DNA from: an uncultured Alphaproteobacteria bacterium
GTDB taxonomy: Bacteria > Pseudomonadota > Alphaproteobacteria > Rhizobiales > Methyloligellaceae
Length of the DNA stretch: 64,000 nt
Assembly (NCBI GenBank): GCA_963783455.1
Contig: CAWANV010000009.1
Location: 72,750 to 136,749, forward strand
Reading direction: 5' to 3'
Shown here: positions 10,498-20,837 of the stretch, piece by piece
Position numbering within the stretch: position 1 is the first letter of the stretch
How the letters are laid out: every line of letters begins with the position of its first letter
The notes under the pieces: generated by a model
The model's input: the letters and a program-made list of their open reading frames with translations, nothing else
Told to the model about the DNA's origin: nothing
Database searches by the model: none
Made by a program: the position numbers and the translations under genes

Positions 10498-11468
10498 CGC
10501 ACGCGATCCGCGTCCATGAATATGGCGGGCCCGAAGTCCTCAAATGGGAGAAGGTCGAAATCGGCGACCCTGGCCCGGGCGAGGTCAAGATCAGGCAGAC
10601 GGCGATCGGCCTCAACTATATCGACGTCTATGTGCGCACGGGTCTTTATCCGCAGCCCTCATTCCCGTTCATTCCGGGCATGGAAGGGGCCGGCGTGGTC
10701 GTGGGCGTCGGCGAAGGCGTGCGCGATCTCAAGGTCGGGCGCCATGTCGCCTATGCCGGCCCGATCGGCGCCTATGCCGAGGAGCGTCTGATCGCCGCTG
10801 ACCGCGTGGTCAAGATTCCCGCCGGCATCGGCGACGAGACGGCGGCGGCTGTCATGCTCAAGGGCATGACCGCGCAATATCTGTTGCGCCGGACATACAG
10901 AGTGGAGCCGGACACGACGCTCCTGTTCCACGCGGCGGCGGGCGGCGTCGGGCTCATCGCCTGCCAATGGGCCGCTTCCCTCGGGGCGACCGTGATCGGA
11001 ACGGTGGGCTCGGCAGGCAAGGCGCTGATCGCCCGCGCCCATGGCTGCGCCCATGTCATCAATATTCGCGAGGAGGACGTCGTCGCCAAGGTCAAGGAGT
11101 ACACCAAGGGGAAGGGGGTCGACGTCGTCTATGACTCGATCGGCAAGGATACGTTTCCCGCGTCGCTCGATTGCCTCAAGCCGCTCGGCATGTGGGTGAG
11201 CTTTGGGCAGGCGTCGGGTCCGGTGCCGCCGTTCAAGATTACGCTGCTGTCGCAAAAGGGCTCGCTGTTCGCCACGCGTCCCTCGCTCGGTACCTATATC
11301 GGGACGCGCAAGGACCTGGTCGCCACGGCGAACGATCTGTTCGACGTCCTCGCCAAGGGTAAGGTCAGGATCGCCGTCAACCAGACCTACCCTCTCGCCG
11401 ACGCGGCCCAGGCACACCGCGATCTCGAAGCGCGGCTCACCACGGGATCGACGGTGTTGCTGCCCTGA
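10494..11468 (+). CDS. qor: NADPH:quinone oxidoreductase (zeta-crystallin family)
   Basis: [28 protein letters not shown] and LEARLTTGS motifs. Confidence 0.9.
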   Translation: MTHAIRVHEYGGPEVLKWEKVEIGDPGPGEVKIRQTAIGLNYIDVYVRTGLYPQPSFPFIPGMEGAGVVVGVGEGVRDLKVGRHVAYAGPIGAYAEERLIAADRVVKIPAGIGDETAAAVMLKGMTAQYLLRRTYRVEPDTTLLFHAAAGGVGLIACQWAASLGATVIGTVGSAGKALIARAHGCAHVINIREEDVVAKVKEYTKGKGVDVVYDSIGKDTFPASLDCLKPLGMWVSFGQASGPVPPFKITLLSQKGSLFATRPSLGTYIGTRKDLVATANDLFDVLAKGKVRIAVNQTYPLADAAQAHRDLEARLTTGSTVLLP

Positions 11469-11579
11469 ACTTCCGCCGGCATCGGCGAACGCGTTCTGCG
11501 CACAGGGAACGGGGGCGCCTGCCCAGCCTCCGCTTTCTCGAAATCTCTTCTTGGTTATCGACAAGTCACTTTGAATGGT

Positions 11580-11710
11580 CAAAGAATCATTGCCAAAGCG
11601 CAAAGCTTAACCGATTGGCCGCGGATTGGCGCGCAATGTAAACTAATATTACCGAGCGTTATAGATTTAGTGATTTTGCGTTAATCACGCCCATTCAGAA
11701 GTTATTCAAA
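11580..11710. promoter_or_regulatory. AT-rich promoter region with CtrA-like elements upstream of the Sel1-repeat gene
   Basis: TTAACC at 11607; GTAA-N7-TTAC at 11638-11652; TTCA-N7-TTCA at 11694-11708; inverted repeat GTGATT-N7-AATCAC at 11670-11688; GANTC at 11584. Confidence 0.4.
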
Positions 11711-11823
11711 GTGCTCTCCCATGATTATCGCGTCGATGGTGCAACAAAGACGCCTGGGGATCTTGTGTAACCACCCGAATATTCGACAGGCGGTCAGACG
11801 AGTGGTAAAAGGGGGCATGTGAG

Positions 11824-12090
11824 ATGGCGCGGATGGACATTTCGACGGAAACGGTCGAGTTGGGGGCGCAGATGGGCGCTCCGGATGCCCTTTTCGAGCT
11901 CGGGATGCTTTATGCGACCGGCCGGGACGTGGCGACCGACCTCATCGTGGCTCACAAATGGTTCAACCTTGCCGCCGCGCGTGGCAACCCATCGGCCTTG
12001 GCCCATCGCATCGAGGTCGCCCGCGAGATGTCGACCGAGCAGATCGCCGCCGCGCAGAAGCTCGCCCGCGAATGGCTGCAAACCCACTAG
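11824..12090 (+). CDS. Small Sel1-repeat protein
   Basis: ALFELGMLYATGRDVATDLIVAHKWFNLAAARGN is a single Sel1 repeat; C-terminal IAAAQKLAREW helix. Confidence 0.88.
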   Translation: MARMDISTETVELGAQMGAPDALFELGMLYATGRDVATDLIVAHKWFNLAAARGNPSALAHRIEVAREMSTEQIAAAQKLAREWLQTH

Positions 12091-12848
12091 CGCAGAGTGT
12101 CGCCGTCAGCCGCCTCGCCGCTGCATTTGCGGAAGAAGGACAGGACGCAGCGGTAGCTCTTGCGCGCGAAACCGCCGACCGCGCTGCTGGCTCGCTGGGC
12201 TCGGCTCGGATGGCTCTCTTCGGGGCTGGCGACCGGGGAGCCCTCGGCCGCGAGAGGTGCGGGCGATTGATCGAGCGAAAGCGGCTCCTCCGGCAGCGGC
12301 TGATCAACCTCCTGCGACGAGCCGCCTAGCCTGCTGCGCGCGTTGCGCAAGCCCTGCCGTGAGGCGCTGACCGCGCGACCGCCGAGCTCGACGAGCGTCT
12401 TGGGCTGATCGCCCTTCGGCTTCTCGAAGGCTTTCTGGTTCTGCTCGATCTTGTCGGTGAGATTCTTGATGCGAGCATCCGAGGCGAGGTCCTCCGGCAT
12501 CGGGCCGTCATAGCTATAGACTTTCTCCACACCGTTGCAGGCAGGGGAGCTGCGCTCCGCCGAGCAGGAGGCATGGTGGCCCTCTTTGGCGGTGCGGATG
12601 ACGCAGTAAAGCTTCAGCGCGTCGCTCGGCTTCGAGCCTCCGGCGGTGACCCGGCAGATATAGGTCTGGTCGGGGTTCGTGCAGGTGACGCAGTAGCTTG
12701 CCTCACCGGCCAGGGCGGACGGCACGGCGCAGACGATGAGGCCTGCGGCGAACGCCACATGCGAAAGCGGCCTTTGGCGAAACTGCCAAGCCATGGCGCG
12801 GGCGTATCCCTCTCCCGTCATAATTGCCTCAAAGTTTAGCACAGGCAT
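12087..12848 (-). CDS. Hypothetical exported protein with N-terminal 6-Cys domain (start may be downstream, at MAWQF)
   Basis: Hydrophobic signal-like stretch, then YCVTC...YIC...LYC...ASC...AC; low-complexity middle; C-terminal YRCVLSFFRKC. Confidence 0.65.
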   Translation of the reverse strand: MPVLNFEAIMTGEGYARAMAWQFRQRPLSHVAFAAGLIVCAVPSALAGEASYCVTCTNPDQTYICRVTAGGSKPSDALKLYCVIRTAKEGHHASCSAERSSPACNGVEKVYSYDGPMPEDLASDARIKNLTDKIEQNQKAFEKPKGDQPKTLVELGGRAVSASRQGLRNARSRLGGSSQEVDQPLPEEPLSLDQSPAPLAAEGSPVASPEESHPSRAQRASSAVGGFARKSYRCVLSFFRKCSGEAADGDTLR

Positions 12849-13080
12849 GACAGCGGAAGCGTCGGAAAATCAGGGATAATTCAGCTGCAACCCAGACGCG
12901 TATCCCAGGGGGAAACCTGCCGATCAAGCGCCGGCCCCCTCGATATCCGTCCGCGCCGGCACCATTTGTCGAGCCAGGGCAGCAAGTTGGATGGTCGGGA
13001 TGCCGCGCTCGCTCCCAAGCGCCCGCTTAAGGGGAGCGATGTTGACCGCCCAGCAGCGGATCAGTAAGCCTTCATTGTTC

Positions 13081-13173
13081 GGAGACGTGGCCGAGAGGCT
13101 GAAGGCGGCGGTTTGCTAAACCGTTATACGGTCAAAAGCCGTATCGAGGGTTCGAATCCCTCCGTCTCCGCCA
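13081..13173 (+). tRNA. tRNA-Ser(GCT)
   Basis: GGAGACG acceptor stem pairing with CGTCTCC; anticodon arm GCGGT-TTGCTAA-ACCGT; long variable arm; GGTTCGAATCC T-loop; encoded CCA. Confidence 0.97.
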
Positions 13174-13258
13174 ATTATTTGAGCATGAGCCGGCAGCGTT
13201 GACGCGCCGGCCATCGGTCGCTTGCGTTCCTCGTCACAATGCGGCCTCAAGGGGAGGG

Positions 13259-13813
13259 ATGATGACACGCATGTCGCCGAACGCCGCTAACCGGGCCGAT
13301 CCGCATGTTGACCCTGTCTTCATCGAGAGGGAGCGAAACCGGTTTGCCGCCCGGGCGCTTGCCTTTCTCGTCCTGCTCAATGGCGCCGCGGCGCTCGTCC
13401 TGCTGTCGATCTTGGCGAGCGCTCCGGAGTCGACGGTCGAGCCCAAATTCGCTTCCGCGATGCTGTTCTTCAGCGGCGGGGCTATCGCCGCGCTTCTGAG
13501 TTCGTTTCTCGCTTACATCAATCGGACGGTGACCATGGAGGCGCCGGAGCGTGCGAGCTTACGGCGCGTCCTGCAAATTTTCGCTATTGCCGCCGTCATC
13601 GGCAGCGGCGCGGCATTTCTCACGGGCATGAACATGGTGGCGACCGCCGCGTCGGAAAAGTCGAGCTCCCATCCGAAGGGATCGAAGGAGCAACGCGCGC
13701 CGGTATCACGACCGAGCGAGCGGGTGCAGCTTCTCTATAAAACCGGTGCGGCTGCCGCCAATATTCAACTGCCGGCTCTGCTTGCACTCCGTCTGGGAAA
13801 GAGGCCGGCTTAA
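13259..13813 (+). CDS. Hypothetical membrane protein (3 TM)
   Basis: GGGGAGGG SD; LVLLNGAAALVLL and further hydrophobic helices. Confidence 0.65.
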   Translation: MMTRMSPNAANRADPHVDPVFIERERNRFAARALAFLVLLNGAAALVLLSILASAPESTVEPKFASAMLFFSGGAIAALLSSFLAYINRTVTMEAPERASLRRVLQIFAIAAVIGSGAAFLTGMNMVATAASEKSSSHPKGSKEQRAPVSRPSERVQLLYKTGAAAANIQLPALLALRLGKRPA

Positions 13814-14007
13814 GGCGGTCCCGTAATCTGGCGCGTGAAGTTGTCCCAGACTCTCCTTAGGTCGACGGTGAGATCGTTCACCTTTTGCCCGACCACGTCC
13901 CAGTTCACCATGCGGCCGCCCTGGAGAGGGTCCGCCCTGGAATCGGCGACGTAGGCGCCGCCGATGGTGAGCAACGCCCCGATTATCATGCCAAAGAGAA
14001 GTCGCAT
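13810..14007 (-). CDS. Small single-TM hypothetical protein
   Basis: GGAGAGG SD-like sequence; MRLLFGMIIGALLTIGGAYVAD...RMVNWDVV, a pattern typical of small Rhizobiales membrane proteins. Confidence 0.7.
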   Translation of the reverse strand: MRLLFGMIIGALLTIGGAYVADSRADPLQGGRMVNWDVVGQKVNDLTVDLRRVWDNFTRQITGPP

Positions 14008-14171
14008 CCCCGCCACCCTCTCCAATATCTCCCGATCATAAGCCTCAAGGCAGGGAAGAGGAAGTTGCAAGCGGCGGTTCTCCTCAGGGCGGCGGCGAGG
14101 AGCCTGGCGTCGCGTAGGTCGTTGCCAAATCGGGCGAATTGAGCACTCGATAGGCCGGCCGATGCGATCCT

Positions 14172-14185
14172 TTGATCCTGGTCAA
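14172..14185 (+). promoter_or_regulatory. FNR/FixK-type box
   Basis: TTGAT-CCTG-GTCAA, one mismatch to TTGAT-N4-ATCAA; centred about 80 bp upstream of ORF 14260. Confidence 0.55.
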
Positions 14186-14259
14186 GGTTCTTCGGGGCGC
14201 GTTGCCCAAGGTGCTGCCTGGAGAGTGGATGAAACCATGGCAGCACTGCGCGCCGGGCG

Positions 14260-15156
14260 ATGACGGGCCTCAAGGACATCGATTATGTCCTCGCCAAGCT
14301 TGCCTTCATGCGCTCGGAGCGGATTTGGCCGAACGGGCTGCGCTATCTCTGGACCGATGCCTTCGGCCTCGTGCTTCTCGTCTCCCTCTACGAGGAGCTG
14401 AAAGAGCAGCGCTTCCTCGACGAGGCCGTGTGGCTCGTGGCCGAGGTCGAGCGGGTGCTCGGGCGGAAGCGTGGCATCCGCATCGGCGAAGAGTCTGACC
14501 GCGACGGACAATATTTCCACTACCTCGCCATGTGGCTCTATGCCCTTTCCGTGCTGGGGCGCTATGAGGCTTCCTATCGGGAGAAAGGCGTCGCCCTGGC
14601 GCGCGATATCCACGGCCCCTTCGTCGTTCCCGGCCGCGGCGTGATCTGGAAAATGAAGGAGGATTTGAGTGGGCCTTACCCGGGCTACGGTTTCGGCGCG
14701 CTCGATGCCTTTGACGGCTATGTGTCGTACCGGCTGCTGGATGAGCAGGCGCTCGCCGGCGAAATCGCCGAGATGCGCGAGATCATCGACAGAACCGCCG
14801 GCGACCTCGTCATCACCCAGGATCTTGGGCTCGGCATGATGTTGTGGATGACGCATTTCTTCCCCACGGAGGGGTGGGCCGAACTGCAGAGGCGGCGCTC
14901 GCTCGCCATGCTCGACCGGATGTGGATGGAGGAGGGCTATTTCGCGCGCGAGCCTTACCTGCCGGAGATGCGCTTCGCCTTCACCAATTACGGCGTCTCG
15001 GTTGGCTTGCAGGCGGCCGGCGCCATGCAGGATCGCGTCCTCCGGCTCAACGCCTATTTCGAGACCTATCGGTCGGGCGACGAATATGACCGCGCCGCCA
15101 TCACCCATGTGATGGCGTGCAGCTCCCACTTTCCGGGTCTCCTGCTGCGGCAGTAG
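14260..15156 (+). CDS. Conserved hypothetical protein (RYLWTDAF / DGQYFHYL motifs; possibly alpha/alpha-barrel glycosidase-like)
   Basis: 298-aa ORF with typical GC3-rich codons; the true start may be ATG 14229 (after GGAGAG) if there is an indel. Confidence 0.75.
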   Translation: MTGLKDIDYVLAKLAFMRSERIWPNGLRYLWTDAFGLVLLVSLYEELKEQRFLDEAVWLVAEVERVLGRKRGIRIGEESDRDGQYFHYLAMWLYALSVLGRYEASYREKGVALARDIHGPFVVPGRGVIWKMKEDLSGPYPGYGFGALDAFDGYVSYRLLDEQALAGEIAEMREIIDRTAGDLVITQDLGLGMMLWMTHFFPTEGWAELQRRRSLAMLDRMWMEEGYFAREPYLPEMRFAFTNYGVSVGLQAAGAMQDRVLRLNAYFETYRSGDEYDRAAITHVMACSSHFPGLLLRQ

Positions 15157-15163
15157 CGCTCAA

Positions 15164-16658
15164 TCATTTGCCGCCGTCGATCGTGATGCCGTCGCGGACG
15201 GCCAGACGCCGGGCGATGGCGACGCCCGAATTGAGCGCGCCCTCCATGTATCCTGCGAATTTGTAGCAGGAATACTCGCCGGCGAAATGCAGCCGGTCCT
15301 CGATGCCCTGGTGCAGGATCGGTCCCATGGTCGTCACCTCGCCGGGAGCGGCGAAGGAGTAGCTCGCACGCGTCCAAGGGACCGCGGGCCAATCCATGAA
15401 GCGGCTGGCAACGAAGGCCTCGGCAAATTTTGGGTAGCGCGCCCGAAGCTCTTCCTCATAGGCCGCGTCGCGCTTGTCGGCGGGGATTGCCCGCATCGCG
15501 TCGGCGCCGGGCCCGCCGGAGAAGGCGATCATGCCAGCGGGCGCGTCGCCCTCCTGACCGGCGGTCGATTCCCAGGTGGCCTGGACGTTTCCGTTGCTCA
15601 GCGATTCCGGCGAGAGATCGTCGTTCAGCCAGAATCGGTTCTTGAGCGAGATCAGATATTTGACATTGTGCCCCATCTGCGGCCGCAGCATCGCCGGGAA
15701 GCGGCGGGTCGAACTTGATGTTGTCCCATACCGAGGGCGGAACGGTCAGGATCGCATCGTCGGCGGTGAAGTGTCCGGCCGTCGCCGCAAGCCACGACGA
15801 CGCGGTCTTTCTCGATCTTCACCTCGCTTCACGGGCAGGTTCAAAAAAATGCGCTCGGCGCCGATCTCGCGCCGCGAGTTTTTGCGCGAGCTGCTGGTTG
15901 CCGCCCTTGCAGTGATAAACGTCGGTCTCGGTCCAGTACTTCTCGAGGCTGCCGCCTTTGACGGCGGTGAGCAAACCGAGATAGCCCTGCCGATCGGACG
16001 GCACGCCCGTTTCGGACACGAAGTCCCCGATGATCGCCTTTTTCGCGATCTCGGGCGCATCGACCGACATGACCTTATCGGCGACGGTGGTCATGTCGAG
16101 CCTCTTGGCGTCAGGCGTTTCCCATGGCGTGTCCTCAAGCACGGGCCTTGCGTCGTCGCCGATCGACTCAAGGATGTCGTCCATTCCCTGCCACAGGGGC
16201 GCGGTTTCGCTTTCACTCAGGAGCTTGCCGTCGATGACGACCGGCCAATCGGCGCCGGTGTCGGGAATATCGAGGAACTCGAGGCCGAACTTCTTGGCAT
16301 AGGCAGCCCAAAGCCGGTGATTGCTGCCAATCAACTCGCCGCCGCCCTCGACGAAGCGCCCTGGAACGAAATTGTCGAAGGTGACGACCCGGCCGCTGAC
16401 CCGATCGCGGGCTTCCAGCACCGTCACGTCATAGCCGGCCGCCAGCAACTCGTAGGCGGCGGTGAGTCCGGCAAAGCCCGCACCAATGACGATGACCGAC
16501 TTGCCGGAGGGCTGGGCGCGTTGCGCGAGTACACGCGAACCGCTGAGCAGCAGCGCCGTACCGGCGGCGACCGAGCCCAGCAGAAATTCGCGCCGCGTTA
16601 CCGCGTCAATCGGCGTGCCGAAACGCGCGTGAAGGCGGGCATAAAGCGAGCGACGCAT
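15164..16658 (-). CDS. Flavin monoamine oxidase family protein with Tat signal (apparent frameshifts around 15700-15870)
   Basis: TRREFL twin-arginine motif; VIVIGAGFAGLTAA...LEARDRVSGR FAD motif; C-terminal LHFAGEY...GYMEGALNSG. Confidence 0.88.
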
Positions 16659-16743
16659 GACAGCCCCCAAATTCAGCCGGCCTTTGCGCCGGAAGCGGCC
16701 TCACCTTGAAGCCGCTAATCGGCTAACGTCAATGGGCCCGCGT

Positions 16744-19224
<2,481 letters not shown>

Positions 19225-19248
19225 GACTTCTGGACCAGATTTCCGGAC

Positions 19249-19647
19249 TTACAGCTTGGAGAAAGTGAGAACGAGGCAACCATTCAAGAGTTCGCGCTCG
19301 GAGAGGCGCAGGCGCGGCGAGAGGGTGATGCGCCGCTCGAACCGCCCATAGGGGATCTCCAATCTCACGATATTGGCCTTCCTGCCCTTGGACGGTAGGG
19401 GGCGGATGCCGGCGATGATCAAGGTCGGGCCTTCGATCTCGACGCGCACCGCCTCCGGCGCCACGCCGGGGAGCGCGGCGATGATCCAAAGCTGCCGCTC
19501 GGTCTCGAACACATCGACGGGCGGCTCCCAACGGGCGGCGCGGGCGCCTTCGCGCGAGGGCTCGAAGAACTGGCGCTGGAGCTGCTCGGCCTGCTTGATG
19601 AGAGCGCAGGCCTCAGCCCACATCTGATGTTTCGCGTCACGCATCAC
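19249..19647 (-). CDS. Hsp20/alpha-crystallin small heat-shock protein
   Basis: WEPPVDVFET, ALPGV, RLEIPYGRFERRI and NGCLVL motifs; 24 nt upstream of lon. Confidence 0.9.
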   Translation of the reverse strand: MMRDAKHQMWAEACALIKQAEQLQRQFFEPSREGARAARWEPPVDVFETERQLWIIAALPGVAPEAVRVEIEGPTLIIAGIRPLPSKGRKANIVRLEIPYGRFERRITLSPRLRLSERELLNGCLVLTFSKL

Positions 19648-19703
19648 GCCAACCTTGGAGCTTTGGTCGAGACGGTCTCGATTGGGTCGATTCTGATCCG
19701 ACC

Positions 19704-19754
19704 GATCTCGACCGACATGATCTCGATCAACATGATATCGACCGAAATGATCTT
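19704..19754. repeat. Tandem 15-bp repeat (3.4 copies) containing an FNR/FixK-like box
   Basis: GATCTCGACCGACAT / GATCTCGATCAACAT / GATATCGACCGAAAT / GATCTT; the minus strand of 19717-19730 reads TTGAT-CGAG-ATCAT. Confidence 0.7.
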
Positions 19755-19887
19755 AGCGCTTGAGCCAGCACAGTGGAAACGATCGGGGTCGCGGGGCAGG
19801 GGGATTCCCCAGGCCGGGACGCATATCTGGGACGTTGGCGAGGCCCTTGCAAGGGCTTGCGCAAGCGAGATCAGCGTCGCGAGGGGC

Positions 19888-20760
19888 TCAGCAATTCGGG
19901 CCGCAGCTCGGCGTAATCGGCACATAGTCGTTCGGCGTGCGCACCGGCGGCGTCGATTGGGGCACCGCCGTCAGGCCGTTGATGAGCAGGCCAGTGGTGG
20001 CGCCGTCGTAATACCATTCCCTGATGAAGGGCTGGTCGGGGTAGGTGCCGGTCGGTTGGATGCCGTAATAATAGGGCCATCTCTGCCCCTTCCCGGTTTT
20101 GCCGGCGAGCTTGGTCTTCTGGCCCGACACGGCGGCAAGGATGGCATTGATGTCGGCCTGGTTTGCATCCTTCGCCGTCGCCGGGCCTGGCCCCGACACG
20201 ACAAACATCTGACTAGCCAAATTCAGCGTAGAGAGGAGTCCGTCGCGCTGAAGCGAGAGATATTTACCGAACACGAAGACGAACTTTGCTTGGTTCGGTC
20301 CGTTCACTTTCATCAGGGCGATGCCGCCGCGCACGGTGAGCGCGCCGGCCGGCGTCTTGATCGCGATGCCCTGCTCTTGCTTCGACAGCTTGCCGCCGAC
20401 GTAACGCAGCGCGCCCTTGGAGAAGCTCGCCACCAGCGAGCCTTTGCCGCTTGACGGGTTGTAGACGAATTTGTCGATGACGAGGCTCGAATCCGGGCCG
20501 ACCGTGAAGGTCGAGCCGTCGAGCAGGAGCACTTGCACCACGCCGGAGCCGGAAGTGTCGATGCGCTCGTTATAGACGACCGCCTTGCCGATTTTGAGGG
20601 TAGTGGTTTCGCCGCCGGGCGGCTGGCTGGTCGCCTCAGGCTTGACGGCTGCGGCGACGCCGACCTTTTCGGCGGCTAGCGCGCTGCCGAGGGCCAAAGG
20701 ACAGATGAAAACGGCCGCGCCAAGCGAGGCTGTGGCCCAAAATACTAGAGATGTGCGCAT
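19888..20760 (-). CDS. Secreted FecR-domain protein (short paralog)
   Basis: Signal peptide ending ALA-AEKVGVAAAV; FecR-like ERIDTSGSGVVQVLLLDGSTFTVGPDSSLVIDKFVYNP...IKTPAGALTVRG; ATG 20760 preferred (GGGG SD-like). Confidence 0.85.
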   Translation of the reverse strand: MRTSLVFWATASLGAAVFICPLALGSALAAEKVGVAAAVKPEATSQPPGGETTTLKIGKAVVYNERIDTSGSGVVQVLLLDGSTFTVGPDSSLVIDKFVYNPSSGKGSLVASFSKGALRYVGGKLSKQEQGIAIKTPAGALTVRGGIALMKVNGPNQAKFVFVFGKYLSLQRDGLLSTLNLASQMFVVSGPGPATAKDANQADINAILAAVSGQKTKLAGKTGKGQRWPYYYGIQPTGTYPDQPFIREWYYDGATTGLLINGLTAVPQSTPPVRTPNDYVPITPSCGPNC

Positions 20761-20837
20761 TGATCCCCGTCCCAAAAGTGACAGGGGAGATATGGGGTTA
20801 GGGGTGCCCGGCGACAAGGCTGCCTACAGGCGGCCGC

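Noticed and set aside
8958-11603. Long minus-strand ORFs (455 aa, 314 aa) opposite gatB and qor, and similar shadows elsewhere
   Set aside because: Antisense ORFs typical of GC-rich genomes; no motifs or start signals.
19704-19754. CRISPR-like array
   Set aside because: Units are 15 bp and directly adjacent with no spacers; no cas genes in the window.
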